Assembly (NCBI GenBank): GCA_964247055.1
Contig: OZ176057.1
Location: forward strand, 5,580,001 to 5,644,000
Direction: 5' to 3'
Length of the DNA stretch: 64,000 bases
From: Paragordius varius
Lineage: Eukaryota; Animalia; Nematomorpha
The notes beneath the pieces are model-generated. The model had not been told where the DNA came from. It saw only the letters and a program-made list of their open reading frames with translations, and ran no database searches. The position numbers and the translations under genes are program-made. Below are positions 52,001-64,000 of this stretch, piece by piece. How positions within the stretch are numbered: position 1 is the stretch's first letter; every line of letters starts with the position of its first letter.

Positions 52001-54957
52001 ACAGTAAAAATCAAAATTTTACAGACAAAACGTAAAAAATATAAAGACAAATATTTTTTTTTATAACAACGCCTTACTTTATAAACTTGATTTTTTTTAA
52101 ATATAATACATTTTTTTAAACTGTAAAGTATGAAATAGACGTGTGAATTGGTAACACAATTAATATTTTAAAACTGTAAGTGAAAAAGGTTTATATGGGA
52201 AAAGTTAAGGTTTAAAAAAGTATGGTTGTCTTTCAAAAAAAATTGTCTTTTAAATTTTACATTTTGTCCGTATAATTTCAAAATTTGTCATTTTTAATTA
52301 ACATTCATTTTCTTGTCCTTTTTTCAAAATTATAATTAATAATCGATTTGTTAATAATTTAAAATAATTTTTATGTTTCTGTTTCTCAATCTTAATAATA
52401 ATTTTAAATTTTGCTCGGGGCAAAATATATACCTATTTTAGTTATATTCAACAAAGATTAATTATTTTTTGAAATTCTCATGAGCCTATTAAGTTTTCAT
52501 ATGAGAAAATCTATTCTAAACATTTTACAATAAAAATTGATATCATACTATGGACGTAAAGACAAATATTTTTTAAAAGACAACCTCAAACTTTTTCAAA
52601 TCTTGCTTTTTCCTATATAAGCTATTTAATGTAAAATAAGTAATAAATGCCTTAACTAATATATATATTTATATTTACCACTTGCAATATTAAATAATGA
52701 ATTTTATTGAAAAAAAAATAAGATTTAAAAAGTATGGCGTTGTCTTTTAGAAAAAATATTTGTCTTTATATTTTTACGTTTTGTCCGTATAATTTTTAAC
52801 AAATTAAATGAAAATTACAATTGTAAAATATATAATGATTGGGTACGAATTTATTTCTCGATAGTACTTTACAGTTTAAATTATATGGAACAGAATTAGT
52901 TTATGGCTGTTTAAAAAAGAATTTTTCATTCTGTGTGTACTTTAAGATTTTACAGAATGCATTTTAATGGTTGCTTTTTCACACTATAGTTGGGCAATTT
53001 GCAACATAGTAGTGTACGGAAAAAAGAGAGGAAATAATTGTTTATTCAACATTTTGTTGTTTTTTCCATACATTACTGTGTGTTGTTGAAAATAACCCTA
53101 CTACAGTGTAAAAAGGCAACACCATTAAAATGCCAACTGTAATGTAAAATACACCGATTTTTATTGATGCAGAATGAATGAAACAAATTGGTTGCAAATC
53201 ATAACTTTGATCGTGACAACTGATGATTTAAGTAATTTTATTTTATACAGAATTATTATGTTAAAAAGTATGGGTTCAGTCTAATTATTTTAACGCATAT
53301 TTTAAATACACGATTTCCAAGGGCGTAAAAAAATACTTTTTGATATTTTGCACATATACAGTAAAAATAATAGACATAAAGAGTGAAAAATTAATATATT
53401 TAGTTGTGTAAAAAAAGCCTAAAAATTGAACGATATTTTACCATATAAATTTATCACTGGGGTGTCCAACGCAAATGGTGTCGCTATCCGCATTTTTAAC
53501 TCAAAGAACCCGATCGAGCTGCATTACAAATATATATATGGGCATTAAATTTTAAACACAATATAACATTTTTATCTAATTCAATGCCAATGGATAAATG
53601 TACACAAATTTGTTAAAGATATCAATTTTACTGAAAATTTGTAATATTTTTGTGAGCCTCATGTTGGATACCCCTGATTAAAAAAGCCCTTAGAATTCCT
53701 AGATTCCAATTTAAATTCTTATTTTGCTTTTTTTTTGACATAGGAATATTAGATAACTACTCTATAATATAAAATTTTTTTAAGGATATTACAATTTATT
53801 ATTTTAATGTTTTACGATATAGATAAAACTAGGATAATTGGGCGAAATCGAGATATGAAAACGTTAGAATTCCCATTTTATGTATGTATGACATATAGTT
53901 TAATTTAACTTTTTAGTGTCAAATATAATTTAGAAATATATAGATAAAACGTCTAAAACATTAAGAATATTTTTTAAAAACAACCCATACTTTTCAAATC
54001 ATGATTTTTTCTAAAATAACTCATTGTTTTAATTGCAAAGTATGAAATAAAGATTTATATTGACGCAATCAATAATCTTGTAATTTAAAATGATGAGTTA
54101 TATTAAAAAAAAAGTCTTAACAAGGTATGCTTTTCTTTTGAAACCAAAATTTGTTTTTTTAGTAGTAATTACAAGTTTTGTCCGTATTATAGTATGCATT
54201 TTAATGAATGGTTGCTTATTTCACACTATAGTATGGCGATTCGCAACATAGGAATGTATATGGAAAAAACAATCAACAAAATATTTAAAAAACAATTTAT
54301 TCCTTTCTTTTTTTCCATACAATCCTCGTGTGTTGCAAATATAAGCAACCATTCATTAAAATGCATACTGTGTAATATATAAATTTTTACAGTAAAAACT
54401 GAAATTATACGCGAACAAAACGTAAAAATATAAAGATAAATATTTTTTCCTAAAAGACAGTCATACACGTTAAATCTTGATTTATTTCAATATAACTCAT
54501 TTTTTAAATGGAAAAGTGTGATATATATATATATATTACTAACACAATCAATTCTATATTTTACGATTGTAAGTAAATAGCTTATAGGAGAAAAATTAAA
54601 GGTTTAAAAAGTATGGTGATGGTCTTTTAGAGAAAAAAATATTTTTCTTTATATTTTACGTTTTTTTGTCCATCCGTATAATTTCAATTTTTACACTGTA
54701 CTGTATTTTCAATTATCTAGCTTTGTCCAGCCGCTAAACTAATTACTTATGAAATATATTGCGTCCTGGGTATCTTTCGTAATAAAGAACCCATCTATAT
54801 AAAAAATTATACGCATTTCAAAGATATGTTTAAACATATTGTACCGTATGGAACAAATGAATATATCGAATTGCAAAGTGCCCTTAAAAAACAGTCTCAA
54901 CACAAATACAATGCCATTGATAAACTCTTGAATGAATGGGGAAATAAATTAACATAA
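45081..54957 (+). CDS. Paralogue 2, ~304-aa putative secreted glycoprotein of unknown family; exons 45081-45156, 46352-46443, 49363-49421, 49456-49508, 49781-49851, 50247-50383, 51305-51312, 51930-51993, 53173-53231, 53823-53881, 54721-54957
   Basis: Signal-like MHKNQIFILIIILIIPNTVCVAIITG; GT-AG exons join in phase (915 nt); terminal exon differs from paralogue 1 at 8 synonymous vs 2 non-synonymous codons, and the GKPTFIVW exon at 4 synonymous vs 0; the direct splice from 46443 to 49363 is inferred from phase only. Confidence 0.72.
46006..46047. repeat. (TA)n microsatellite abutting a family-A MITE; shorter tracts near 33990 and 49587
   Basis: Direct reading. Confidence 0.9.
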
Positions 54958-55949
54958 TATTATGATTAAATATTTATATATTTTTTGTGCCAATTTAAAA
55001 TTTTTTTCATTAAAAAAAAATGAGCAACTCCATGTAAAATAGTTAAGTATTCGCATAGAAGGTTTCCAATAAATTACAACATATTGATATCAAATTCCTT
55101 AAACGACGTTTTAATTAACCAATGGTTAGTTAAAATAAAAAGTTAACTACAAATATTAAAACAAGTGGATTTTCAACTCCATAAAACTATATAATACTTA
55201 ATTATATGTTTGAATGTATAGATTCAAACCCCTTTTCACAACCCAAAAGAATATTAAAAATTACGTTTTGTCCGTATAATTTCAATTTTTACTGCAAATC
55301 AAACCAACGATTTATAAATTTTAAAATACTTTATAGATTATATATACAGGAAAGATTGATATATGGAGAAAACGTAAAAATAAAAATATAAATATTTTTT
55401 TAAAAAGGCAACCATACTTTTAAAATCTTAAATTTTTAATATAACTCATTGTATAAAATGGCAAAATATGAGATAGAGTTATATATTAATGATACAATCA
55501 ATTCTATATTTATAATTGTAATTAAATAGCTTATAAAGAAAAATTAAGATTTAAAAAAGTATGAGTTTGTCTTTTGAGGCCAAAGTAATATTTATCTTTA
55601 TATTTTTACAGTAAAAATCGAAATTATACTGACATAATGTAAAAATATAAAGACAAACTTTTTTTTCAAAAGACAGCTCCATACTTTTTTAAACCTTAAT
55701 TTATCATATAAAAAACATTTATTTACAATCGTAAAATACATATAATTGATTCTGTTACCAATATTCATTTCTATATTATGTTTTGTAGTCTAAAACAATC
55801 AGTTATATTTAAAAAAATTGAAATTAAAAAAGTATGGGATTCTCTCTTTGAAAAAAAATATTTGTCTTTATATTTTTATCTTGTTTTGTCCATAGTATAT
55901 AATTTCCACAATTTTTACTCAATGCAAATGGTATATATAAATAAATAAT

Positions 55950-58433
55950 TTATTTCAATTTTTGCAAATAATTTTTACAGACAAAAAATGTTTCAGATGA
56001 TTCTTTGCGTGAACTTGGAGGTTTGAAAGTTTTTACAAAGGCAAATCTCTTTGTTAAATCACGTTTAAAGCCATGTGAATTCTTACCATCCCAAATCTAA
56101 ATAAAAAGATATAAAAAGATTTGTGTTCATTATTAAATACTACATTACAAAAGAGTTTTAAACAATTACAGTAAAAACGTAAAAATATAAGACGAACATT
56201 TTTTTTCTAAAAGACAACCAACCAGATATTTTTATTAAAGTTTCTCATATAAGCTACTTAGTTCCAATTGTAATAAAGGGAATTGATTGTTTTAGTAACA
56301 CATATCTCTATTTTAGACTTTGTCAATGAGTTATATTTAAAAAGTATGGGGTTTTCCTTTGGAAAAAATATTTGTCTTTATATTTTTACCTTTTGTCCGT
56401 ATAATTTCAATTTTTACTGTAATTAATATGATTAAACAATTACAGCAAAAGATGAAATTATACAGACGGACAAAAGGTAAATAAAAATATAAAAACAAAT
56501 TTTTTTTTCTTCAAAAGACAACACCATACTTTTTCAAACCATAATTTATCTTATTAAAAACATTATAACAATCGTAAATTAAGTAATTAATTGCATTACC
56601 AATAAACATCTCTATTTTATACTTGGAGTTTAAAACAATGTGTTATATTTAAAAAAATCAAGATTTAAAAAGTATGGTTGTTGTCTTTTAGAAAAAATAT
56701 TTGTCTTTATATTTTTACCCTTTGTCCGTATAATATCAATTTTTCTTCTATATAAATAAGTTTAAATTAAATATAAAAAAGATAAAAAGACAACCCCATA
56801 CGTTTTAAATCTTGATTTTTTTAATTATAACTTATTATTTAACAATTTTATATCTAACATTCGTAATTAAATAGCTTATAGAGGAAAAATTTAGGTTTAA
56901 TAAAAATTATGGTTGTTGTCTTTTAGAAAAAAATATTTGTCTTTATATTTTTACGTTTTGTCGGTATAATTTCAATTTTTACTGTAAATAATTATCATAT
57001 ATAGGATAAAATATTATATTATAAGAATAAAAATGTAAAAATCCAATATTTTTATATAAACTATATATTTGCATTTTAAATTTATCAAAACCTATAGATT
57101 AAAACTGTAAAAAAAATTATAAAATATACCATTAATTAATTCACCCTTGAACAATTCAAATCCACCCTAAAAATAAATTATAAGTTTTCGGGCTAATATA
57201 ACTCATTAACAATATGAAATATATATTTACGACATAGTTTATTTTCCAGCATTTAAATTTTAAACAAAATTTCATAAAAATATTAATATAAGTTATATTT
57301 AATAATCTTTAAAATACTCATTTTATTTTAGGGATTTGAATTGTTTAAGGAATTTAAGTTGAAGAGTAAAATTAAATTCTAAAATATAAAATCAATTCTG
57401 ATACCAATAATCATCTCTATTTCATTTTTCCGTTTTAAAAAATGAGTTTTACTTAAAATAATTATATAAGTATGGTTGGTTGTCTTTTAGAAAAAAAATA
57501 TTTGTGTATTTACGTTTTGTCCGTATAATTCCAATTTTTACTGTAATATATTCAATTTTAATCACAATATTAAATACTATTTCTCATTGATTACTTAAAA
57601 CTTAAAAATTCATAACACATCAGTATTTATAAAATTAAAAAAATTTATAAATTTTGTTTTTATAAAATTATGTCCATACTTTGCAAACAAAGTTGCCCCC
57701 AAAATACAAAACTTTAAGTGATAATTGGAAAGCAGAATAAGCCAATTGCATTATGAGATCATGGTCACAGTTTCGATCACCTGTTTTATATCGGAATAAA
57801 ATTAATTTATAAAGACAAAAAATACCCCAAGAAAAAATGGAAAAAATGTAAATGTCTTTATAAAACCTGTGGCATTTGGTGCCATATCACTCAAGACAGT
57901 ATGGAAAAGATTATTCTCTTTATCGTTTAAAGATGTTTCAGGCAAATTATTTCCATTTTCTTTAGCATTGCAATTATAAATAATTTGATGGAATTTTTCC
58001 AAAAGACCGGGATCATTTATGTCTTGATGATTTAAACAAACAACTCCATCAATTGGTGCTATGCTAGATTTATCGAATGCGATAACTTTTACACTATCTT
58101 TATGGTTAAATACATATTAATATACTTTGGGGGTGGATTTGTTTTATAACTTGGGCCCATGAACCTGGAGCGGCTCCGCAATCCAAAAATCTTAGGCTTA
58201 GGGGTTCAAATTTAGCCTCAAAATGGGTAAGGACATTAAATTTTCTTTCAATGTCTAGTAATTTAAAAGCACTGCGAGCTCGAAAATTCTTTTGTTGAGC
58301 AAGTTTAACAAATGGATCAGTAGTATGCCTAATTTTTACATTTTATAATTAACCTTATCATCCATTGTTTTGAGGAACGGGTAAGTTTAATTTTTGCCGT
58401 AACTTTCTTGCCAATCTCTGGAAAATGATTCAT
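55950..58433 (-). CDS. MRM2: RrmJ/FtsJ-family rRNA 2'-O-methyltransferase, mitochondrial MRM2/FTSJ2 type, ~253 aa; exons 58433-58354, 58328-58126, 58097-57867, 57780-57680, 56096-55950
   Basis: Motifs QWMIRHTTDPFVK, FRARSAFKL, LDCGAAPGSWAQV, VLSDMAPNATG, CDHD, GGNFVCKIW, KPPSSRKESSE; K-D-K-E catalytic tetrad present; 762-nt spliced ORF; start codon choice less certain. Confidence 0.92.
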
Positions 58434-58520
58434 AAAATTTTATGAAATCAAAGCACATTGCCTCCCAACACAAAAATGCATTTCTACTTGTTTTTTTTAA
58501 AAAAAAATAATTTAAATTAA

Positions 58521-59095
58521 CACTTGGATACAACACACTCATTTTAGTCCTTCGATTCAAATTGGGGTAGTTAAATACCCCAGGCCTGTTTAAAATTAAA
58601 TTCCCCAAAATGGGAAAATCGAAACCATGGCAAAATTTTGCACTTATATAACATTAATAAACCGAAATATATAAAAAAATATATTTAAAAATACTTGATA
58701 TTACATTTTTTAAGCTAAAACCGAAAAATAAAAATTTAGTCAACGTGACATGTGTGCAATGGTAAAATTAAAATGATACAAAATAAATAGCTTTTTCTAT
58801 TTCCATCAATGTTAGATGTAATTTAAATCAAAGATTAGCTTTGATTTTACCCTTAAAATTATATGAAGACGATATTTTGCAAAAATTTTGTAAAATAAAA
58901 ATGGCGTCGAAGTGGTTTGACATGGAACTTTTTTTTCAAAACAAAATTTTATTTAGATATTTTGGCATATTTATATAATTTATAGTAGGATAGAAGCATA
59001 AATTTAAATTCGGACCGTTTTCTTCAGTAATTTTTTAAAAATCCTAACTTAAATTTAGTCTGGGGTATTTAGATACCCCAATTTAAATCGAAGTG
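58521..59095. mobile_element. Family-C element, second full-length copy
   Basis: TTAA|CACTTGGATACAACAC...TCGAAGTG|TTAA; collinear with 16215-16786. Confidence 0.85.
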
Positions 59096-60374
59096 TTAAA
59101 AAAATGATTTAAATTAGGCAAGAAATGGTAATAAAATGTGACGAAACTGTCGATTATGCCTAAAAAACCTATGTCCAATTAATATATTCTCTTTTTAAAA
59201 TACATTCTTATAATTTTGGCTCGACGTATCTATATTTTGTGATGGCAGCTAATTATTTTGGGCCTAATAAAATATGCTATAAGGTCTCGTCTTAATATCT
59301 ATGTCTGGTTTGAATTTTGTGATAAACTAAGGAAATATTTGAATTGTTTTATTTTATTTGGAGGAAACATTGTTCCAAAGTTAATATGCCTACTAAAAAT
59401 TTAAGGTTCCATAAAAGGCTCAATATATCCATGAAGCTCAACATTCATATAATTATAAGATCTATTAACATTTAGGGGAGGTTACAGGGCGTAATGGTTG
59501 GATTATAAGATTTTCTGTTTTAATTTAAATACGACTTTTGTGAATAGTTTATATCCCACACCGATTTGAATATTTTAGAAAGTATTTATTTCTTTATTTT
59601 TAAGGCGCATAAGAATTTTGAAAAATTTAATAAGCTTTTTGCCACCATTTTTCCTAAATTTTATATTCCTTAAATAAACTAATACTATAGTGAAATGTTA
59701 AATAACTTTTTTACAAGCAAAAGCTTGATATTTATTGATATTAAATTCCTTTGTTTATTTCAATCATGTTTCAAGTTGTCGCTTCTACAAATTATATATT
59801 ACAAGATTAAGTTTTTTACAAAACTACCCCAGTTATCGCAGACAAAAAACTGAAAAGGTTAAAGTTTAAGAGCTAAATGGCATTGAAAAAATATATCTTA
59901 ATTTTATATTTTAAAAACAATTTATTTTGTATCATGCGCGTAAAAGTTAAATATAATAATATTCTTAAATTATGCTAATAATATTAATATATTTAAATGG
60001 TTATGAGTTTAAAATACTTTAAGGGTTATAAAGCGTTAGATATGACAGTTTTTTTACATGTTTTCGGCCCTGGAACTAAAAAAAGTCTAATAAGTATTTT
60101 ATACAATGCATTAGATTTTCCGAAAAATTACTATATATTTAATAGTCAACTAGTTGTCAATTAATAAAAGAATCTTAATTTCAGGCTTTAGGATAAAGAA
60201 AAGTTTTTCAATTCACAAATGTAGGATAATCCTGATTAACCAAAATTAATATAACATGGATTAATTTTTTTCATTATATATTAAAAAATTGAACAGTTAG
60301 AAGCAATTAGCTTTAAAATAACCATCATTAAAATGTTATATACCATTTATTCAAATTGCCCCTTGAAAAATTCA

Positions 60375-60710
60375 TGTTCACCCTAAATTGGCGGTTATCG
60401 AGTATCGGTAACAGGTCAAGCTTCTTTCTACTAAACACTTAAGGATATTCAAATTTCAATGTATCCATTAGTTTCCATCTCAAATCTAGCTATTGCTTCA
60501 TAATACTTCGAGAAAGTTGGGCGGTTTTCGAGTATCGGCATAAATCGAGCATTCTTAAACACAGATAATTCTTGCTGATTTCCAACATCCTATTAATAAC
60601 TAACAAATCAATTTCATCATCAATCAACCTCTTAATTCTCATTTTACCGAGTAAGTTTGGCGGTATATGTGTATCGGTATAAAGTCGAGTTAAACCAAAA
60701 AGATAACGAT
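60375..60710. repeat. Three copies of a ~45-bp motif at ~140-bp spacing
   Basis: TTGGCGGT...(TCGA)GTATCGG...TC(G/A)AG near 60378, 60518 and 60657, with unrelated spacers. Confidence 0.6.
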
Positions 60711-63166
60711 ATCGAAGTTAGAGTTTATACCCTAATAACCTCTACGATTTTATTAGAAACCAATTCAGCTTTATCAATAATCGACCTATTAACTCTACGC
60801 CATGGTGGCACATCAGGTCCAAATTCAATTACAAAATAATATTATATTTATAGAATTATGAACTCAACTAGTGTTGTATCAGAATTTTCCCCAAGATTAT
60901 TGGACAACTTTGTTTTAACTCCCAAGATGTTTCATATAATTAATGCCCATCTCAAAACATACCAGTTTGATCAGTAGAGAATTAGCATGACATATAAAAA
61001 TTGAAATTATACGGACAAAACGTAAAAATAGAAAGACAGATATTTTTTTAAAGACAACCATACTTTTTAGACCTTAATTTTTCTCATATAAATTATTAAC
61101 TACAATTGATATATAATTGATTGTACCGATACACATATCTTTCATACTTTGCAGTTTAAAACAATGATTTATATTTAAAAAAATGAAGTTTAAATGAGTG
61201 TTGACTTTTTAAAAAATATGTCTTTAACGTTTTGTCCGTATAATTTCGGTTTTTTAGCATATTTTATTGTTTACAAAGATAATTTATTTCGATATAAAAT
61301 ACAATATATCAAAATTATTTTGATTGGAATTATTTTAAAATGTTTTACGAATTGAAATAAAGTTTAGGCGATAAGCTGGTGTATTGAGGAAGGTAGAGAA
61401 GCAAACTGTTTAAGGTTTGACTTGAAATAAAATTTAGAATTATATATAAACACACAAAAAATATCCTGATAAAATATATATGTTCTAATATAAAATGTAT
61501 CAGGAATATATTAGCGCTTTTGGTATTGACCTTTACGATTGTAAAAAATTTTGACCTTTGTGGTCTGTGCTTCAAAAAAATGGCAAATTCGCACAATTTT
61601 TATAAATTATTTATAAAGGCTTAATGTTTTATTTTAAAAATTAACTCTATATTATAAGATGTGGGCTACGACAATCCAAATTTCGCTCTTCTAAAATGTA
61701 TAGTTCTTTTAAAATTAATGCAAAAATGGATTACCCAAGATAATATTAATCTACATGCTATATTTTACTATAATCTAATATTTTTTAGGCAAAGTATACT
61801 ATATAAAAATTAATTTTGCAAAATCTTGTTGAAGCGTACTCCATACTATTATAAGGGTGAAATTTTGTTAAACACAATTTTAGGATAAATCGGAAAGGCA
61901 AACGAATAAATTAACTTAAATTCTGATGTGATAGAAATGTTTTACAATATCTTAAAGAGTATTTATACTGTTTACATCATGCCCAAAATATTGTGAAATG
62001 CCCTTCAACAAAATTTTGCTTAAAATTAAAATTTTGAAAAAAGTTTGCCTAATATTTTCGTGGATCCACGATTGGGCATATATTTAAAATCATATATCCG
62101 GGCATTTTTACGTTATTTTATGAAAAATAGCCCATTTTAAAAGAAAAGTAACATTTGAAATTTTCGGAGGCCACATCGTAAAGTTACAATCTTTAAAAAT
62201 ATTGTTTTGATTTTTGCTTGTAGTTTTTTATATTTGTGAATTTTTGCAATTAAGCATTTAGCTTTCACCATAAATATATAAAAAAATGTGCACAAATCAT
62301 TCTATCTATATATAGGCAATTACCCAATAGTTTCACTTTCTTATAAGGGCCAAACATACGCACCATGATAATTCTGATACATTTTTCGAATTGATTATAT
62401 ATTTTTTCTGGTTCCAACTTCAGATACCTCCAAAAAACTATGGAAACAAACAGCTGAAATAGAAAAGAAATTCATTCTATAATTGTAATTTAAAAGCTTT
62501 ACATAAACCATGGGAAACATTAATTTAACTGATATATCGCGAATAAAAAATAAAAAATGGGGGTAAAAAGTTGGAGTTGAGGTTTTTTTTACATTAGATT
62601 ATTTAAAACAATTTTTGTAACATGCGAAAGGATGAAATTATATTTTAAATTCGACCAATGCTGATGTCCTGGGATAAAATATACCCCAAAACTCATGAAA
62701 AGGTAAACGCCTATCATATGTGCCACTGTAATTTTAAAAATAAAAGTTTAATAATAAATTTTGACATCTATTTAACGCTTTAATTCAAATTGGGGTATTT
62801 AAATACCCCAGACAATTTTTAAGTTAATTTTTAAAAAAACTACTGAAAGACACGGTTACAATTTAAATTAATGCTTCTATCCCAATAAAATTTATATAAA
62901 TAAACCAAAATATGTATGAAAGGAGCTAGAGCCGACTTCATAATTACTTATTTTACACCGGTCTTACTCGAGATCCTGAATAAAATGAGTAAGAATAATT
63001 TAGTTTAATCTGCAGATGTATCGAAATACAGTGTCTAAATGTTAAAAATTAAAAATTCTTATGAAACGCGAATAAACCGTGTTTATACCCTATGTTTTTA
63101 TATATAACGAGATTAAAGATAATTGGTAAAGAACATTACATCATAAATTTACCTATTATAATAAAA

Positions 63167-63579
63167 CTAGAGTAAATCTCGTGCTGCTACGCAGCCTTAG
63201 GAAGTCCTTCTTTTTATAGACTTGATTTTTTTGAATAAAAATGGCATTTTGCGGGGAGCGGGTAAAAAGAGGGCCTAAATTAAAAAAGCGAGCCGATCAT
63301 GTTCGGCGCAATCAAAAATAAGTTTAAAAAAAACATATAATCGAATAGTCTAACACGTTTTCCGGAAAATTGTCTCAAAGACAGGATTTTTGTGGACTTG
63401 AGTTTTCAAAAAACCATTTTTTACACGGAGTGGGCCCGAACTGGGGGCCTAATTCAAAAAAAGGGTTTATTGTCGGAGCATTCATTATTGATTATATTTT
63501 TTCGATATTTGGATTTGAATGGGTCTACCGGTTTTCCGGATCACAAAGCCAGCCTTTTCCATTTTTATGAATATATAGA
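63167..63579 (-). mobile_element. Complete Helitron H2, second copy
   Basis: A|TCTATATATTC 5' end, GCTGC-GTA-GCAGC hairpin, CTAG|T 3' end. Confidence 0.85.
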
Positions 63580-63699
63580 TTATACACAAAAAACCAAGGT
63601 TTAAAACAGTAAAACCGATATTTTTTAAAAAAATTGTATTTTATTTTAATTTTTGTTTAATAATATTTCTACTCTATTTTTTTGTAGACTATACTAAAC

Positions 63700-64000
63700 C
63701 GTTTCCCTTCCTTAGCCCATTATCCTTGTCAAATGAATCAACTTTACATCAAACTCCGTCAGAATTTCAACACTTACAGTGTTGATGGTTCAACTAATCA
63801 AAATATACCACCCTCTAAAGCTAAAATCACTCCAACTGTTAGTAATAATCTTACACTCAATTGCCTATTAATAAAGATTCACCAGACCCTGTAAAAAAGT
63901 CTAAGGCTTTATCTGATTTTGATTCAATTGATATTACAAATACTTCTAAGGTGCTCCCTGAATGGCATTTATATGGCCAAAACTTTTTATAGATCAAAAT
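63700..64000 (+). other. Coding-like, frameshifted S/P/T/N-rich stretch, possibly a decayed retroelement ORF
   Basis: Higher complexity than its flanks; three short offset frames; no recognisable motif. Confidence 0.25.

Larger units (their letters stand above)
44150..55290 (+). repeat. Segmental duplication, copy 2
   Basis: Collinear with 31170-43800; lacks the 31684-32935 foldback; has a private MITE at about 45601-45868. Confidence 0.92.

Noticed and set aside
52875-52940. Extra exon FKLYGTELVYGCLKK in the duplicated gene
   Set aside because: Has a 1-nt indel between paralogues and is not needed, because 51993 joins 53173 in phase
42691-54382. Near-identical ORFs at 42691-42888 and 54194-54382 as a conserved small protein
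   Set aside because: Both lie in a palindromic MITE copied by the segmental duplication; related MITE copies occur elsewhere in the window

Overview
Very AT-rich eukaryotic DNA, most likely from an invertebrate animal (inferred from intronless histone genes with 3' stem-loops and spliceosomal introns; the species cannot be identified from sequence alone). Most ORF-track entries are artefacts; the real genes are spliced and were assembled by hand. Genes: (1) a 4-exon, about 414-aa secreted protein with Ig-like signatures (minus, 4484-10637); (2) a decaying histone cluster with frameshifted H2A, nonsense H4 and intact H2B, all with stem-loops; (3) a tandem segmental duplication (about 31.2-43.8 kb vs 44.15-55.3 kb) carrying two paralogues of an unidentified secreted-protein gene with an 8-nt microexon and a 34-nt intron; (4) an intact MRM2/FTSJ2-type rRNA methyltransferase (minus, 55950-58433) that needs removal of 25-nt and 28-nt introns. 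The rest is a dense mobile-element landscape: Helitrons, hAT-, Tc1/mariner- and CAC...GTG-type MITEs, a decayed mariner, and a 242-bp Penelope-like insertion with minimal hammerhead ribozyme motifs. A 10.7-kb TIR-bounded element contains a 21-bp subterminal repeat expanded into a 7.8-kb satellite with higher-order repeats. The most notable signals are the ultra-short introns, the satellite apparently born inside one transposon arm, and the hammerhead-bearing inverted repeat. All coordinates and alignments were done by eye.
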